Source of the DNA: Verrucomicrobiota bacterium | GTDB taxonomy: Bacteria; Verrucomicrobiota; Verrucomicrobiia; Limisphaerales; SIBE01 | Assembly (NCBI GenBank): GCA_016209525.1 | Contig: JACQWK010000178.1 | Span: forward strand, 2,176 to 66,175 | DNA length: 64,000 nt | Direction: 5' to 3' | Shown here: positions 38,504 to 46,752 of the stretch, piece by piece | How the letters are laid out: each line of letters begins with the position of its first letter | Position numbering within the stretch: position 1 is the stretch's first letter | Position numbers and translations under genes: made by a program | Notes under the pieces: model-generated | Databases searched by the model: none | Seen by the model: the letters and a program-made list of their open reading frames with translations, nothing else | What the model was told of the DNA's origin: nothing

Positions 38504-39856
38504 ATGCCTATTCTTGACCAACAACGGCTGAATGTAGCCAAGAAGACGCGCAGCAACATTTTTGGCTGGCGGGGCCAGTTCACGCCGGAGTTTGTCGAGT
38601 ACCTTCTGGACGAGTCAGATACTGGCGCCGGCCTGGTCGTGGACCCGTTTTGCGGGAGTGGAACTGTCTTGCTGGAATCCGCAGGACGGAATCGCCCAGC
38701 GCAAGGTTTCGAGATCAATCCCGCCGCCTACGCCATGTCGCGGTTCTTCACACTCTCCCGACTCTCGCGCTCAGAACGGCTGGGGCTCTTTGCAGGCGTC
38801 GAGCAATTGATTCGCAAAACGGCCGGCGAATTTGCTGATCTGCCGCTGTTCAATTCAGTGGACGACTACCGTGCCAGCTCCTCCAACTTGCTCGACCTTG
38901 CGCGCGAACTATTCTCGAAAACGGAGAACAAGACCCAGACTCTCCTGGCGTTGCTGATTCTGTTCGAGGCTGAAGGCTGCCGCGCTCAGAGCTTGAACCA
39001 AGCAGTCTTCGTCGCCACCAGCCGAATTCGAAAGCACTTGCTCCAACAGCCCCACACGAAGGCGCCGGTGCAGACCTCTTTGTGCGACGCCCGATTGACG
39101 CACCGTTACGTTTGCGCCGAGGCGTCGCTCATCCTTACCAGCCCGCCTTATATCAACGTGTTCAACTACCACCAGAACCACCGCGCCCTGCTGGAACTTC
39201 TCGGCTTCGACCTGCTCCACGTCGCCGCCAGCGAGATCGGCTCCAACCGCAAGAACCGGCAGAACCGATTCCGCACAGTGATTCAATATGCCCTCGACAT
39301 GGAACAATGCCTGCGAAGCTTCGCGCTCAGTCTGGTCAGGGGCGGCAAACTCATCCTGGTGATTGGCCGCGAGTCTAACGTGCGCGGCGTCGCCATTCCC
39401 AACTCACGGCTCGTCGCCGCCGTTGCCGATGATCTCGGCGGCTTCCGGCACGAAAGCACGTTCGAGCGGCGCTTCACGAACCGCTTCGGCGCGTCCATAT
39501 ATGAAGACATCCTGGTGTTCCGGCGGCTCAACTCCGAGCCCGTGCCCGGCGCTGCGGTGCGCCGCGCCAGTCTTTGCCTGGGAGACCTGATCAGCCACAC
39601 GACTGGCGGAGTGCGCGAAGACATCCAACAAGCCTTGGCCGACGCCCCGCCATCCAGCCCTCACCCGTCTTCACGGGCAGCCCGCAACTCTGAGCCATGC
39701 CCGCCACGTCCCATCTCGACAAGTTGGATGCGGCCATCCGTAACCCCAAGTGCGAGCCGGACGACGTGCGATTGCTCGAAGAGGCCCGTGAGCGTTACCA
39801 GTCGTGGAAAACCTCGCTTGGCGCCTTGCGCTCCAAGGGCAAGAAGCGCGTCGTAG
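38504..39856 (+). CDS. DNA methyltransferase (N4-C/N6-A type; motif I then SPPY)
   Basis: Motif I 'LVVDPFCGSGT', motif IV 'LTSPPYINVF'. The last ~55 codons overlap the next gene out of frame, so the true 3' end is uncertain. Confidence 0.8.
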   Translation: MPILDQQRLNVAKKTRSNIFGWRGQFTPEFVEYLLDESDTGAGLVVDPFCGSGTVLLESAGRNRPAQGFEINPAAYAMSRFFTLSRLSRSERLGLFAGVEQLIRKTAGEFADLPLFNSVDDYRASSSNLLDLARELFSKTENKTQTLLALLILFEAEGCRAQSLNQAVFVATSRIRKHLLQQPHTKAPVQTSLCDARLTHRYVCAEASLILTSPPYINVFNYHQNHRALLELLGFDLLHVAASEIGSNRKNRQNRFRTVIQYALDMEQCLRSFALSLVRGGKLILVIGRESNVRGVAIPNSRLVAAVADDLGGFRHESTFERRFTNRFGASIYEDILVFRRLNSEPVPGAAVRRASLCLGDLISHTTGGVREDIQQALADAPPSSPHPSSRAARNSEPCPPRPISTSWMRPSVTPSASRTTCDCSKRPVSVTSRGKPRLAPCAPRARSAS

Positions 39857-40590
39857 AGATGACGCGCCTGCTCAACGAATACAAGGACTTCCTGGAAGTC
39901 GGACTCATCGCCCGGCGTGGCTCCGCGTTCCTCAAGCGCCAGAAGGGCCAACTGAAGCTGGATAACTCCGTGCTGGAGGAATTCCTCGTCGAACTCGTCC
40001 AGCCCGCCATCCTTGACGGCCTGCCGGACTTCCCGCTCAGCGTCGGCCCGACCACGGCCTTCATGTCGCTCTCCTTCGCGCCGCCTGCCCTGCGCGCGCT
40101 GAACGACGCTCCCATCGTTGCGCTCAAGGTGAAGGACCAAGACTTCATCATCGGCAAGGAAATCCACTACCGTTTCTCCCCCGACCCGGACTTCACGCCC
40201 GACAAGACCGCCAGCGGCTCGCTCTCCCTCGCCGTGCTCGCCGCCGAGTGCAAGGTGAACCTCGACAAGACCATGTTCCAGGAAGCCGCCGGCACCGCCG
40301 CCCGGCTCAAGCAAGGCTGCCCTTACTCGCAATACTACATCCTGAACGAATACCTCGACATGGAGCCGGAAGACTGCCGCCTGACGGCCATTGACAACGT
40401 GTTCCTGCTCCGACACGCCAAGCGCCTTCCGTTCGAGAAGCGGTCGGTTTATGAGGAACTCCGCCGTCAGCACGAGCAATCGCCGATTGACGCCGAGGTG
40501 GTCTGGCTGTTCGTGCAGAAGATTCAGGCGTTCATCAGCGCCGCGTGGTACGACCCGGCGAGGGCGCTGCAAAGGGGCACGTTCGTATGA
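39697..40590 (+). CDS. Type II restriction endonuclease candidate (PD-(D/E)xK)
   Basis: 'VKDQDFIIGKE...LAAECKVNLDKTMFQEA' reads as D...ExK. Flanked by methyltransferase genes. Resemblance to the Bpu10I-type family is from memory only. Confidence 0.6.
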   Translation: MPATSHLDKLDAAIRNPKCEPDDVRLLEEARERYQSWKTSLGALRSKGKKRVVEMTRLLNEYKDFLEVGLIARRGSAFLKRQKGQLKLDNSVLEEFLVELVQPAILDGLPDFPLSVGPTTAFMSLSFAPPALRALNDAPIVALKVKDQDFIIGKEIHYRFSPDPDFTPDKTASGSLSLAVLAAECKVNLDKTMFQEAAGTAARLKQGCPYSQYYILNEYLDMEPEDCRLTAIDNVFLLRHAKRLPFEKRSVYEELRRQHEQSPIDAEVVWLFVQKIQAFISAAWYDPARALQRGTFV

Positions 40591-41195
40591 ACCGCGTGGT
40601 TCAGAACACCGAGCGCTTCCCCCGCCCGAAACTGCGCCCGTCCCTGCCTGCCGCAGCCGCGGCGCAGGCAGGCGGCCACGACATCAGCCGCCGCTTCGCC
40701 AGCGACAACGGCGGCGCCATCCCGTCGAACCTTCTGCAAATCCCGAACACCGAAAGCAACTCGCCCTATCTTCGCCACTGCGCCACCGTGGGAGTGAAAC
40801 CGCATCCGGCGCGCTTCCCTGAGAAGCTGCCGACGTTCTTCATCGAATTCCTCACCGACCCTGGCGACCTGCCTGCGCCCTGTCTGCCATATTGGCACAG
40901 GCAGGCAAGCGGAGCGCGGCAGGCAGGCACCGTGCTGGACATCTTCGCCGGCTCCAACACCACCGGCAGCGCGGCAGAGAAACTCGACCGGCACTGGATG
41001 GCGTTCGAGAAAGACCGCACCTACCTGGCCGCGTCCGCCTTCCGCTTCGTGGACGAATTGCCGGCCAAAGAACTCGCCACGCTCTGGAGCCGACTGCACT
41101 CGGACGATTTGCCGGTGGCGGTGAATCGGCAGCAAAGGGAGATGATGCTGATGGAGAAGCCCTCGTCGTACGCGGTAAAGCGGCAACGAAAATGA
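40587..41195 (+). CDS. C-terminal half of a beta-class (N6_N4) DNA methyltransferase lacking the DPPY/SPPF motif, with a 20-aa insertion
   Basis: 'HPARFPEKLPTFFIEFLTDPGDL[PAPCLPYWHRQASGARQAGT]VLDIFAGSNTTG'. Its ATG overlaps the REase stop (ATGA at 40587-40590). No motif IV anywhere in the ORF. Confidence 0.65.
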   Translation: MNRVVQNTERFPRPKLRPSLPAAAAAQAGGHDISRRFASDNGGAIPSNLLQIPNTESNSPYLRHCATVGVKPHPARFPEKLPTFFIEFLTDPGDLPAPCLPYWHRQASGARQAGTVLDIFAGSNTTGSAAEKLDRHWMAFEKDRTYLAASAFRFVDELPAKELATLWSRLHSDDLPVAVNRQQREMMLMEKPSSYAVKRQRK

Positions 41196-41309
41196 ATGTC
41201 AGGATCTCACGAGCGACGACATTGCTGAACCTTTGTGTCAAGGATGCAGTTCCATCCTTGCCAATCCCGTGGTTCGGCGTTCTACAATTCAACTGATGGG
41301 TCTTTAGCA

Positions 41310-43247
41310 ATGGAAAGCAAGCCACAGAATCCCGTGCAGACGGACTTGTTCGCCAGCACACCGTTCGCGTTCGGCCCTGGATTCCTTCGCGATCACGCTG
41401 GTCACATCATGACGGAGCCACGCATCGCTCTCGTGGAGCTCATCGCGAATGCCTACGATGCGGGCGCAACCGAGGTGGAAATTCGTTGGCCGGATCAGCC
41501 TGGCGGTGAATTCGAGATCACGGATAACGGCGCAGGGATGACATTGGAGGAGTTCAACCGCCGCTGGAAGACCCTCCGCTACAATCGTTCGATTGAGCAG
41601 GGAAGCGATGTACAATTTCCCCCGGGTACGCGGCGCGGTCTGCGCGTCGCGTTTGGCCAGAGCGGCAAGGGACGCCACGGCGCGTTCTGCTTCGCGGACA
41701 TTTACCAGGTCGAAACGTGGCGAGATGGCACTACTGCCACGGTGAAAGTGGAGTTGGTTGACGGCGGCACGGAGCCATTCCATTGCTCAATTCTTGAACA
41801 AGGAGAAAAGCCCGGACACGGAACTCGCATCTGGGCCACAGTTACACGCAAGGTGATCTCCGAAGACCAGATCAGCGAGTGGGTTGGTTCAAAGTTTCTG
41901 GTTGATCCTGATTTCGCGATCAGCCTAAACCGACAACGACTGGCATTGCTGGCAGTGCCTGACCTGAAATCTACTGTTCTGGATGTTCCTCCGTACGGCC
42001 CCGTTCGCGTTCATCAGATCGAAGCACCGCAGCAAGACAGAACTACCCGTTTGAGAGGTATCACTTGGTGGGTCAACAAGAGAATGGTTGGCCACCCGTC
42101 TTGGTCAGGACTCGAGGAGCAAGGAGCGATCCTGGACGGGCGCACAGCGGCAGGCAAACGAGTGAGCTTCATTGTCGAAGCTGACTGCCTTAAGCCTGAC
42201 GTGAAACAAGACTGGTCCGGTTTTCATGACTCTAACCGGTCTTTGAAGGTTCAAGATGTCGCGAAAGAGCACGTCATCCGAGCTTTGGATAGTTTGCTGT
42301 CCGCTACGCGGAAAGACAGGAAGAAGGCTGTTTTGGCAGAACATCGAAAAGCCCTTGGTGGCCTTCCGCTCTCGGCTAGGAAGGTCGTCGGGAAGTTCGT
42401 TGATGAGGTTCAGCAGAACTGCCCGAGCATTTCGGACGGTGACTTGTCGAGAACCGTGGCGGTGCTGACGAAGCTGGAGAGTTCAAGAGACGGTTACGAC
42501 CTCCTTGCCAGACTTGCTGCGTGCTCGCCGGACGACTTGGACACTTGGAATCGACTCATGGGTGAATGGACCGCCAGCAACGCCGAGATTGTGTTGAACG
42601 AGCTCGGCAGGCGACTCAAGCTGATAAACGACTTAGAGAAGTTGGTTCATGTCACGACTTCCGACGAGTTGCACGACCTGCAACCGCTGTTCGCCCGCGG
42701 TCTTTGGATGTTTGGCCCTGAGTTAGAATCGGCCGATTTCACGTCCAATCGCCGAATGGCCACTGTCATCCGCACCTTGCTCGGCGGTGCCGAGGCCGAA
42801 CTCTCCACTCGTCGGCCGGATTTTGTCGCGCTACCTGATCGCTCGATTGGCATCTACTCCGCCGACTCTTACGACAACGAAGGAGAGGTCAGCGGCATTC
42901 GGAAGGTTGTCATCGTCGAACTGAAGAAGGGAGGGTTCGACGTTACGACAAAGGAAATTCGGCAGGGAGAGGACTACGCCATTGAGCTTCAAAGGGCCAA
43001 CCTGGTCGTACCCGAAACCAAAATCACCGTTTATGTGCTTGGCGCAACTTTGGCGGATTCGAAGGAGAGAACGGTTGGAGACTCCGTACGAGTAGTCCCT
43101 TTCGACTACTCATCGCTTCTACGTCGTGCTCATGCTCGCACATTTCACCTGCAACAGAAGCTCAGTGAAGCAGGCCCAACCAGTGGGTCGGACAGTGAAG
43201 TGGAGGAAGTCGTTGGTCAACCAGAACAGGAGGAGTTGCTTGCTTGA
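41310..43247 (+). CDS. GHKL (HATPase_c_3 / MORC-like) ATPase fused to a C-terminal RecB/Mrr-like PD-(D/E)xK nuclease
   Basis: N box 'ELIANAYDAGATEV', G1 'ITDNGAGM', G2 'GQSGKGRHG'. C-terminus 'RRPDFVAL...VVIVELKKG...IRQGEDY' (PD, ExK, QxxxY). Confidence 0.75.
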   Translation: MESKPQNPVQTDLFASTPFAFGPGFLRDHAGHIMTEPRIALVELIANAYDAGATEVEIRWPDQPGGEFEITDNGAGMTLEEFNRRWKTLRYNRSIEQGSDVQFPPGTRRGLRVAFGQSGKGRHGAFCFADIYQVETWRDGTTATVKVELVDGGTEPFHCSILEQGEKPGHGTRIWATVTRKVISEDQISEWVGSKFLVDPDFAISLNRQRLALLAVPDLKSTVLDVPPYGPVRVHQIEAPQQDRTTRLRGITWWVNKRMVGHPSWSGLEEQGAILDGRTAAGKRVSFIVEADCLKPDVKQDWSGFHDSNRSLKVQDVAKEHVIRALDSLLSATRKDRKKAVLAEHRKALGGLPLSARKVVGKFVDEVQQNCPSISDGDLSRTVAVLTKLESSRDGYDLLARLAACSPDDLDTWNRLMGEWTASNAEIVLNELGRRLKLINDLEKLVHVTTSDELHDLQPLFARGLWMFGPELESADFTSNRRMATVIRTLLGGAEAELSTRRPDFVALPDRSIGIYSADSYDNEGEVSGIRKVVIVELKKGGFDVTTKEIRQGEDYAIELQRANLVVPETKITVYVLGATLADSKERTVGDSVRVVPFDYSSLLRRAHARTFHLQQKLSEAGPTSGSDSEVEEVVGQPEQEELLA

Positions 43248-43275
43248 GCATTCGTTCGCGCTCGATCTGAATTCT

Positions 43276-43914
43276 ATGGACTGCGATCGCACTGTTTTAC
43301 GAGACCTAGCAGAAATCTATGAGCGCGCGACGCTCATCCCAACCGGGCGACACCTGACGACTGTCAATACCTTCACGGACCAGACTGAGCCGCTCAAGCC
43401 TTCCCTACTGAAGCATCTCGCCCTCTTGATTTCGAAAGAAGTGTGTGATGGCTCAGGAATTGACTTGATTGTTGGTGAAGAAGACAAGGGGGCCCATATC
43501 ACGACGGCGGTTGCATTGCACCTCGACAAGCCCTTTTCGTTAGCAAGATGGTATCCGTACCACGCGACGTTTCGGCATCCCGCTTCGGTGGTTGTGGACG
43601 TGGAGTCGGAGTACTTCTCCGGTAAGTTGCTCCTAAATGGCGTGCCTGAAGGTGCGCGAGTGCTAATTGTTGACGACACGTTGAGCACCGGAGGAACAAT
43701 GATTGCCTTGATCCGCGCTCTTCTCCAGCGCAAGGCGTGCGTAGTCAAAGCAGTTTCGGTAGTCGAAAAAGTGAACGAGTCTGGTCGTGATCGTGTTCAA
43801 AGAGAAACCGGCGTCGAAGTCGTTACGCTGCTCAAACTCGACACATCTGGTGGCCGCATCACAATTGTGACGCCGCCAGAGAGAAAGGGTCAATGCGCCT
43901 CAGGAAGACGATGA
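43276..43914 (+). CDS. Type I phosphoribosyltransferase (PRTase) domain protein
   Basis: PRPP loop 'RVLIVDDTLSTGGTM'; upstream 'VGEEDKGAH'. Lies 29 nt after the GHKL gene. Confidence 0.75.
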   Translation: MDCDRTVLRDLAEIYERATLIPTGRHLTTVNTFTDQTEPLKPSLLKHLALLISKEVCDGSGIDLIVGEEDKGAHITTAVALHLDKPFSLARWYPYHATFRHPASVVVDVESEYFSGKLLLNGVPEGARVLIVDDTLSTGGTMIALIRALLQRKACVVKAVSVVEKVNESGRDRVQRETGVEVVTLLKLDTSGGRITIVTPPERKGQCASGRR

Positions 43915-43936
43915 AGCGGACGAAATGTGAGTTCAT

Positions 43937-45268
43937 ATGAAAACCCTCGTCGATATCACTGCAATCCACAGAGTCGGAACTGTGCTGACATCAGCGCCAA
44001 CGGACATGGTGCGCGCTGACGATGCGGTAGCCATCCTCCACTTCGCTGAGCATCTGCTCTTTTCGGATGAGGTAGCGTTCGTGTCGTTTGATGAGCCACG
44101 GATTTCGGGGGTGACATACGACGTTATAGAAACACTGGAGAAGCACCAGTGCCTACCGAAGGGGGAAGAGATTGCGCAACCGGTGGCACCTCAGGCTCGC
44201 GATTGTCGGCTCGGAAATATCAAAGGACGCATTGTAGCAGATTACGAAGCGTCATTCGAGTTCTACAGACAGTGTTGCAGATCGGCTGCTCTGAAGGCGT
44301 CTGACACGCTGTGTGGCTGGCTCACAAGAGAAGTTATCACCAAAATGGCTGGAATGATGAGCGAATCCATAAGACCCAAGCATTCGACCGTGGACCACGT
44401 GAGTAGTTTACTCGGAATTCAGGATGCGCTCGAGATTCGGCAAGCGCGCGCCCTCGACGATCTCTCCGTGGCGAAAGCGGACGCTGCTGTCAGATACATG
44501 CTCCTGGCTATCGACCAGTTGCGAGGGGCCCTCAAGAAGATGGAACGCGACACCGGACCGTTCAGCAGTTCTGAGGATGAGGCACTGAGAGTGATTTTGC
44601 GCATGCAGTTGAATCACGTACTGGCGGAGGAACTTGGGTTTCGTTACGCGCCAGTTCCCCAGAGAGCAAAATGTGACGAGAAGTTGGAGCAAACGTTTCG
44701 GCAAAGTCTGAATACAATGCTATGGAAACTTGCCAAAGAGAAGCGGTCACAGAATCAAATCTGGAATGGTCTCGTAGAGTCGCTGACGACAAAGGAACAT
44801 CTGCCCCTTCCAAGCCTAGCACTGCACGCGTTAAGGCAAAGGCAGGACTGTGGCCCTATCGGTCTCCTGCGATCAGCGGCAGAGCTGAGGAACTCCAAAG
44901 AAATCCGTGCGGTTCGAGAATGGCTTAACGAATGGGAAGACGCTGAGCACAAGGGGCAAAGACGAGAGCAAGACAAGGCAGCCCAAGAGATCCGCGATTG
45001 CGAAAAGATGCTAAAGGTGAAACTGGGATTGAATCCGCCCCATTCTATTCTGCGCGCATCCTACGACACGCTTGTGTCAATTTTAAAGTGGGAGCTCCCA
45101 GAAGGTAAGGATTTGGAGGAGATTTTCACCTCGGGGGCATCCCCATTGTGGCCAACAGCGCGCCGCGCGAAGGCGTTTCTGACAATGGTGGCAAAAGATC
45201 TTGGAACTGAAAAAGAGCTCGGAGAATGGCTAATGCGAGCTTTGGACAGGACAATTGAAATTGCCTGA
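43937..45268 (+). CDS. Hypothetical 443-aa mostly helical protein, third gene of the GHKL-PRTase cluster
   Basis: Uninterrupted ORF 23 nt after the PRTase gene. No motif recognised. Confidence 0.6.
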   Translation: MKTLVDITAIHRVGTVLTSAPTDMVRADDAVAILHFAEHLLFSDEVAFVSFDEPRISGVTYDVIETLEKHQCLPKGEEIAQPVAPQARDCRLGNIKGRIVADYEASFEFYRQCCRSAALKASDTLCGWLTREVITKMAGMMSESIRPKHSTVDHVSSLLGIQDALEIRQARALDDLSVAKADAAVRYMLLAIDQLRGALKKMERDTGPFSSSEDEALRVILRMQLNHVLAEELGFRYAPVPQRAKCDEKLEQTFRQSLNTMLWKLAKEKRSQNQIWNGLVESLTTKEHLPLPSLALHALRQRQDCGPIGLLRSAAELRNSKEIRAVREWLNEWEDAEHKGQRREQDKAAQEIRDCEKMLKVKLGLNPPHSILRASYDTLVSILKWELPEGKDLEEIFTSGASPLWPTARRAKAFLTMVAKDLGTEKELGEWLMRALDRTIEIA

Positions 45269-45581
45269 AAATTCGTACGGCGATGCTTGGTCTTCGTCCT
45301 GTCCTTTACCATCGCGGCCTCGGCGATTTCGATGTTCACTCGAATTTCCTTCACGGTGAGCCATGCCCACGCTGGCGACGAAGCGTTCCATGTTCGTTCT
45401 CAGTCACCGGAGCCGTGAGCGGCGTCCGCGCCCATTGGTCGCGATACTTTGCGACCTGAGTCCGTGCGGCGAGAACAGGGCACATGACGCTCTTCCTCGG
45501 CTCGAGTGTGTTGCCTCACAGACAAAGCCATTGCCGATGAAACGAATTGGATTGAGGGCCGGGTAGTTGTGCGGCGGCAGG

Positions 45582-45983
45582 TCAAGGTGTGAGAATTTCC
45601 ATCTCGGGCGCGGTGTGGGCGAAGTGAGATGGATTGCGCGTGACAATGCGTTTGGCGCCTTTGCGCCGGGCGAAGGTCGCGTGAAGCGAGTCGTAGATGC
45701 CGCCGCCCATTACGCCCCGCGGCCACGCTTCCACGATGGCCGTCTCATAATCAGCCAGCGGCAGGGCCTCGATTGCCAGACTGGACTTGAGCCCCAGCGT
45801 TAGCTCCGCGGCGGCAGCGGTCGGCACTTTATAGAAACCGGTGAGCGTGGCGAATGTTTCGGCCAACGTGTGGGCGTCGGTGAAAGGCGCTGCGGATTCC
45901 TCCAAGGCCGCGCGGCATTGCGCATGTTCGGGGTGCTTCTCCAACAAGGCGCCCACCAAAATACCTGTGTCCAGAAAAGTCAT
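45582..45983 (-). CDS. vapC: PIN-domain toxin (VapC family)
   Basis: 'MTFLDTGILVGAL' N-terminal acidic D; later acidic residue in 'IYDSLHA'; C-terminal 'TRNPSHF'. Overlaps the antitoxin stop by 4 nt. Confidence 0.8.
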   Translation of the reverse strand: MTFLDTGILVGALLEKHPEHAQCRAALEESAAPFTDAHTLAETFATLTGFYKVPTAAAAELTLGLKSSLAIEALPLADYETAIVEAWPRGVMGGGIYDSLHATFARRKGAKRIVTRNPSHFAHTAPEMEILTP

Positions 45984-46228
45984 CGCTCATAGTGTCGCGC
46001 TGCTTCGACGGCCTCCGCCAACGGAGTCGAAGGCACCTCGCCGGTCCACAGCCTCAACTTGCCCCGTTTGACAACTTTGCCGTGGGCGGTGGGTTCCAAC
46101 TCCAACACGATCCGGCCTGGGGTGGCCGAGGCTTTGAGCTTTTGCCAGCGGGGAATGCCCGCCGCGCGCCGGAGCTCGCGGGGGAGGACGATCCGATTCG
46201 AAGCGTCAAGTTGCACGATCGTTGTCAC
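45980..46228 (-). CDS. vapB: AbrB/SpoVT-fold antitoxin (VapB family)
   Basis: 'LDASNRIVLPRELRRAAGI' swapped-hairpin motif. Directly upstream of the PIN gene. Confidence 0.8.
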   Translation of the reverse strand: MTTIVQLDASNRIVLPRELRRAAGIPRWQKLKASATPGRIVLELEPTAHGKVVKRGKLRLWTGEVPSTPLAEAVEAARHYER

Positions 46229-46560
46229 GGCAAGAAGGTGGCGCGGTTGTGGCGCATTTTCAAGCTTGAATCCGGGGGCGTTCGTCTTGAGGCCGTACCA
46301 GCGTGTCCGCAGAGTGTCGTTCAGAGCATGGCGAACTGCAGTTCCAGAAAGCAGCAGTGGCAGCGTTCCCGCAGAGGATGCCTGAGAGAAATCCGAAGTG
46401 CGAAATCCGAAATCCGAAACAAGTCCGATTACTTAAATGGGATAAACGCCAAAGTCTTGGCGTCTGGTTCAGTGCGACTCGCTGTGGACATTTCTCCTTC
46501 GATGATGACTCGAATGAGCGCTCAAGCTTAGACCAATTGTGTGAAGGCTCTCGTTGAAAC

Positions 46561-46623
46561 TCCCCTCGCCCGTCCTACGGATGCCTTCTCCCCCTCAGAT
46601 GGGAGAGGGATGGGGTGAGGGGC
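46561..46623. repeat. REP-like hairpin (family also at 48433-48496)
   Basis: 'tcccctcgcccgtcctacggatgccttctccccctcagatgggagagggatggggtgaggggc' compared with 'tccctctcacccgtccttcggacaccctttcccctccgaggggagagggatagggtgaggggc'. Confidence 0.8.
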
Positions 46624-46752
46624 ATTCGTCTCATCGCCGTTTCCACGCTCCTGCCACCGCGCTAAAGCAGGGTGTTAATGGGACGCTTCGGTGAGGATCG
46701 TGTGAAAACCAGGTTGTAACCTTTATCCAATTCGCGGCTCGGTCTTGGTGGA

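Noticed and set aside
38504-39856. Treating the whole 450-aa ORF as the true methyltransferase.
   Set aside because: Not fully rejected. The paralogue at 57557 ends right after 'LVFQRN', whereas this ORF continues ~110 codons and overlaps the REase gene, so the tail is probably non-native.
45269-45581. Possible gene or toxin remnant between the 443-aa gene and vapC.
   Set aside because: Only short ORFs with no motif occur in any frame. I could not recognise a family.
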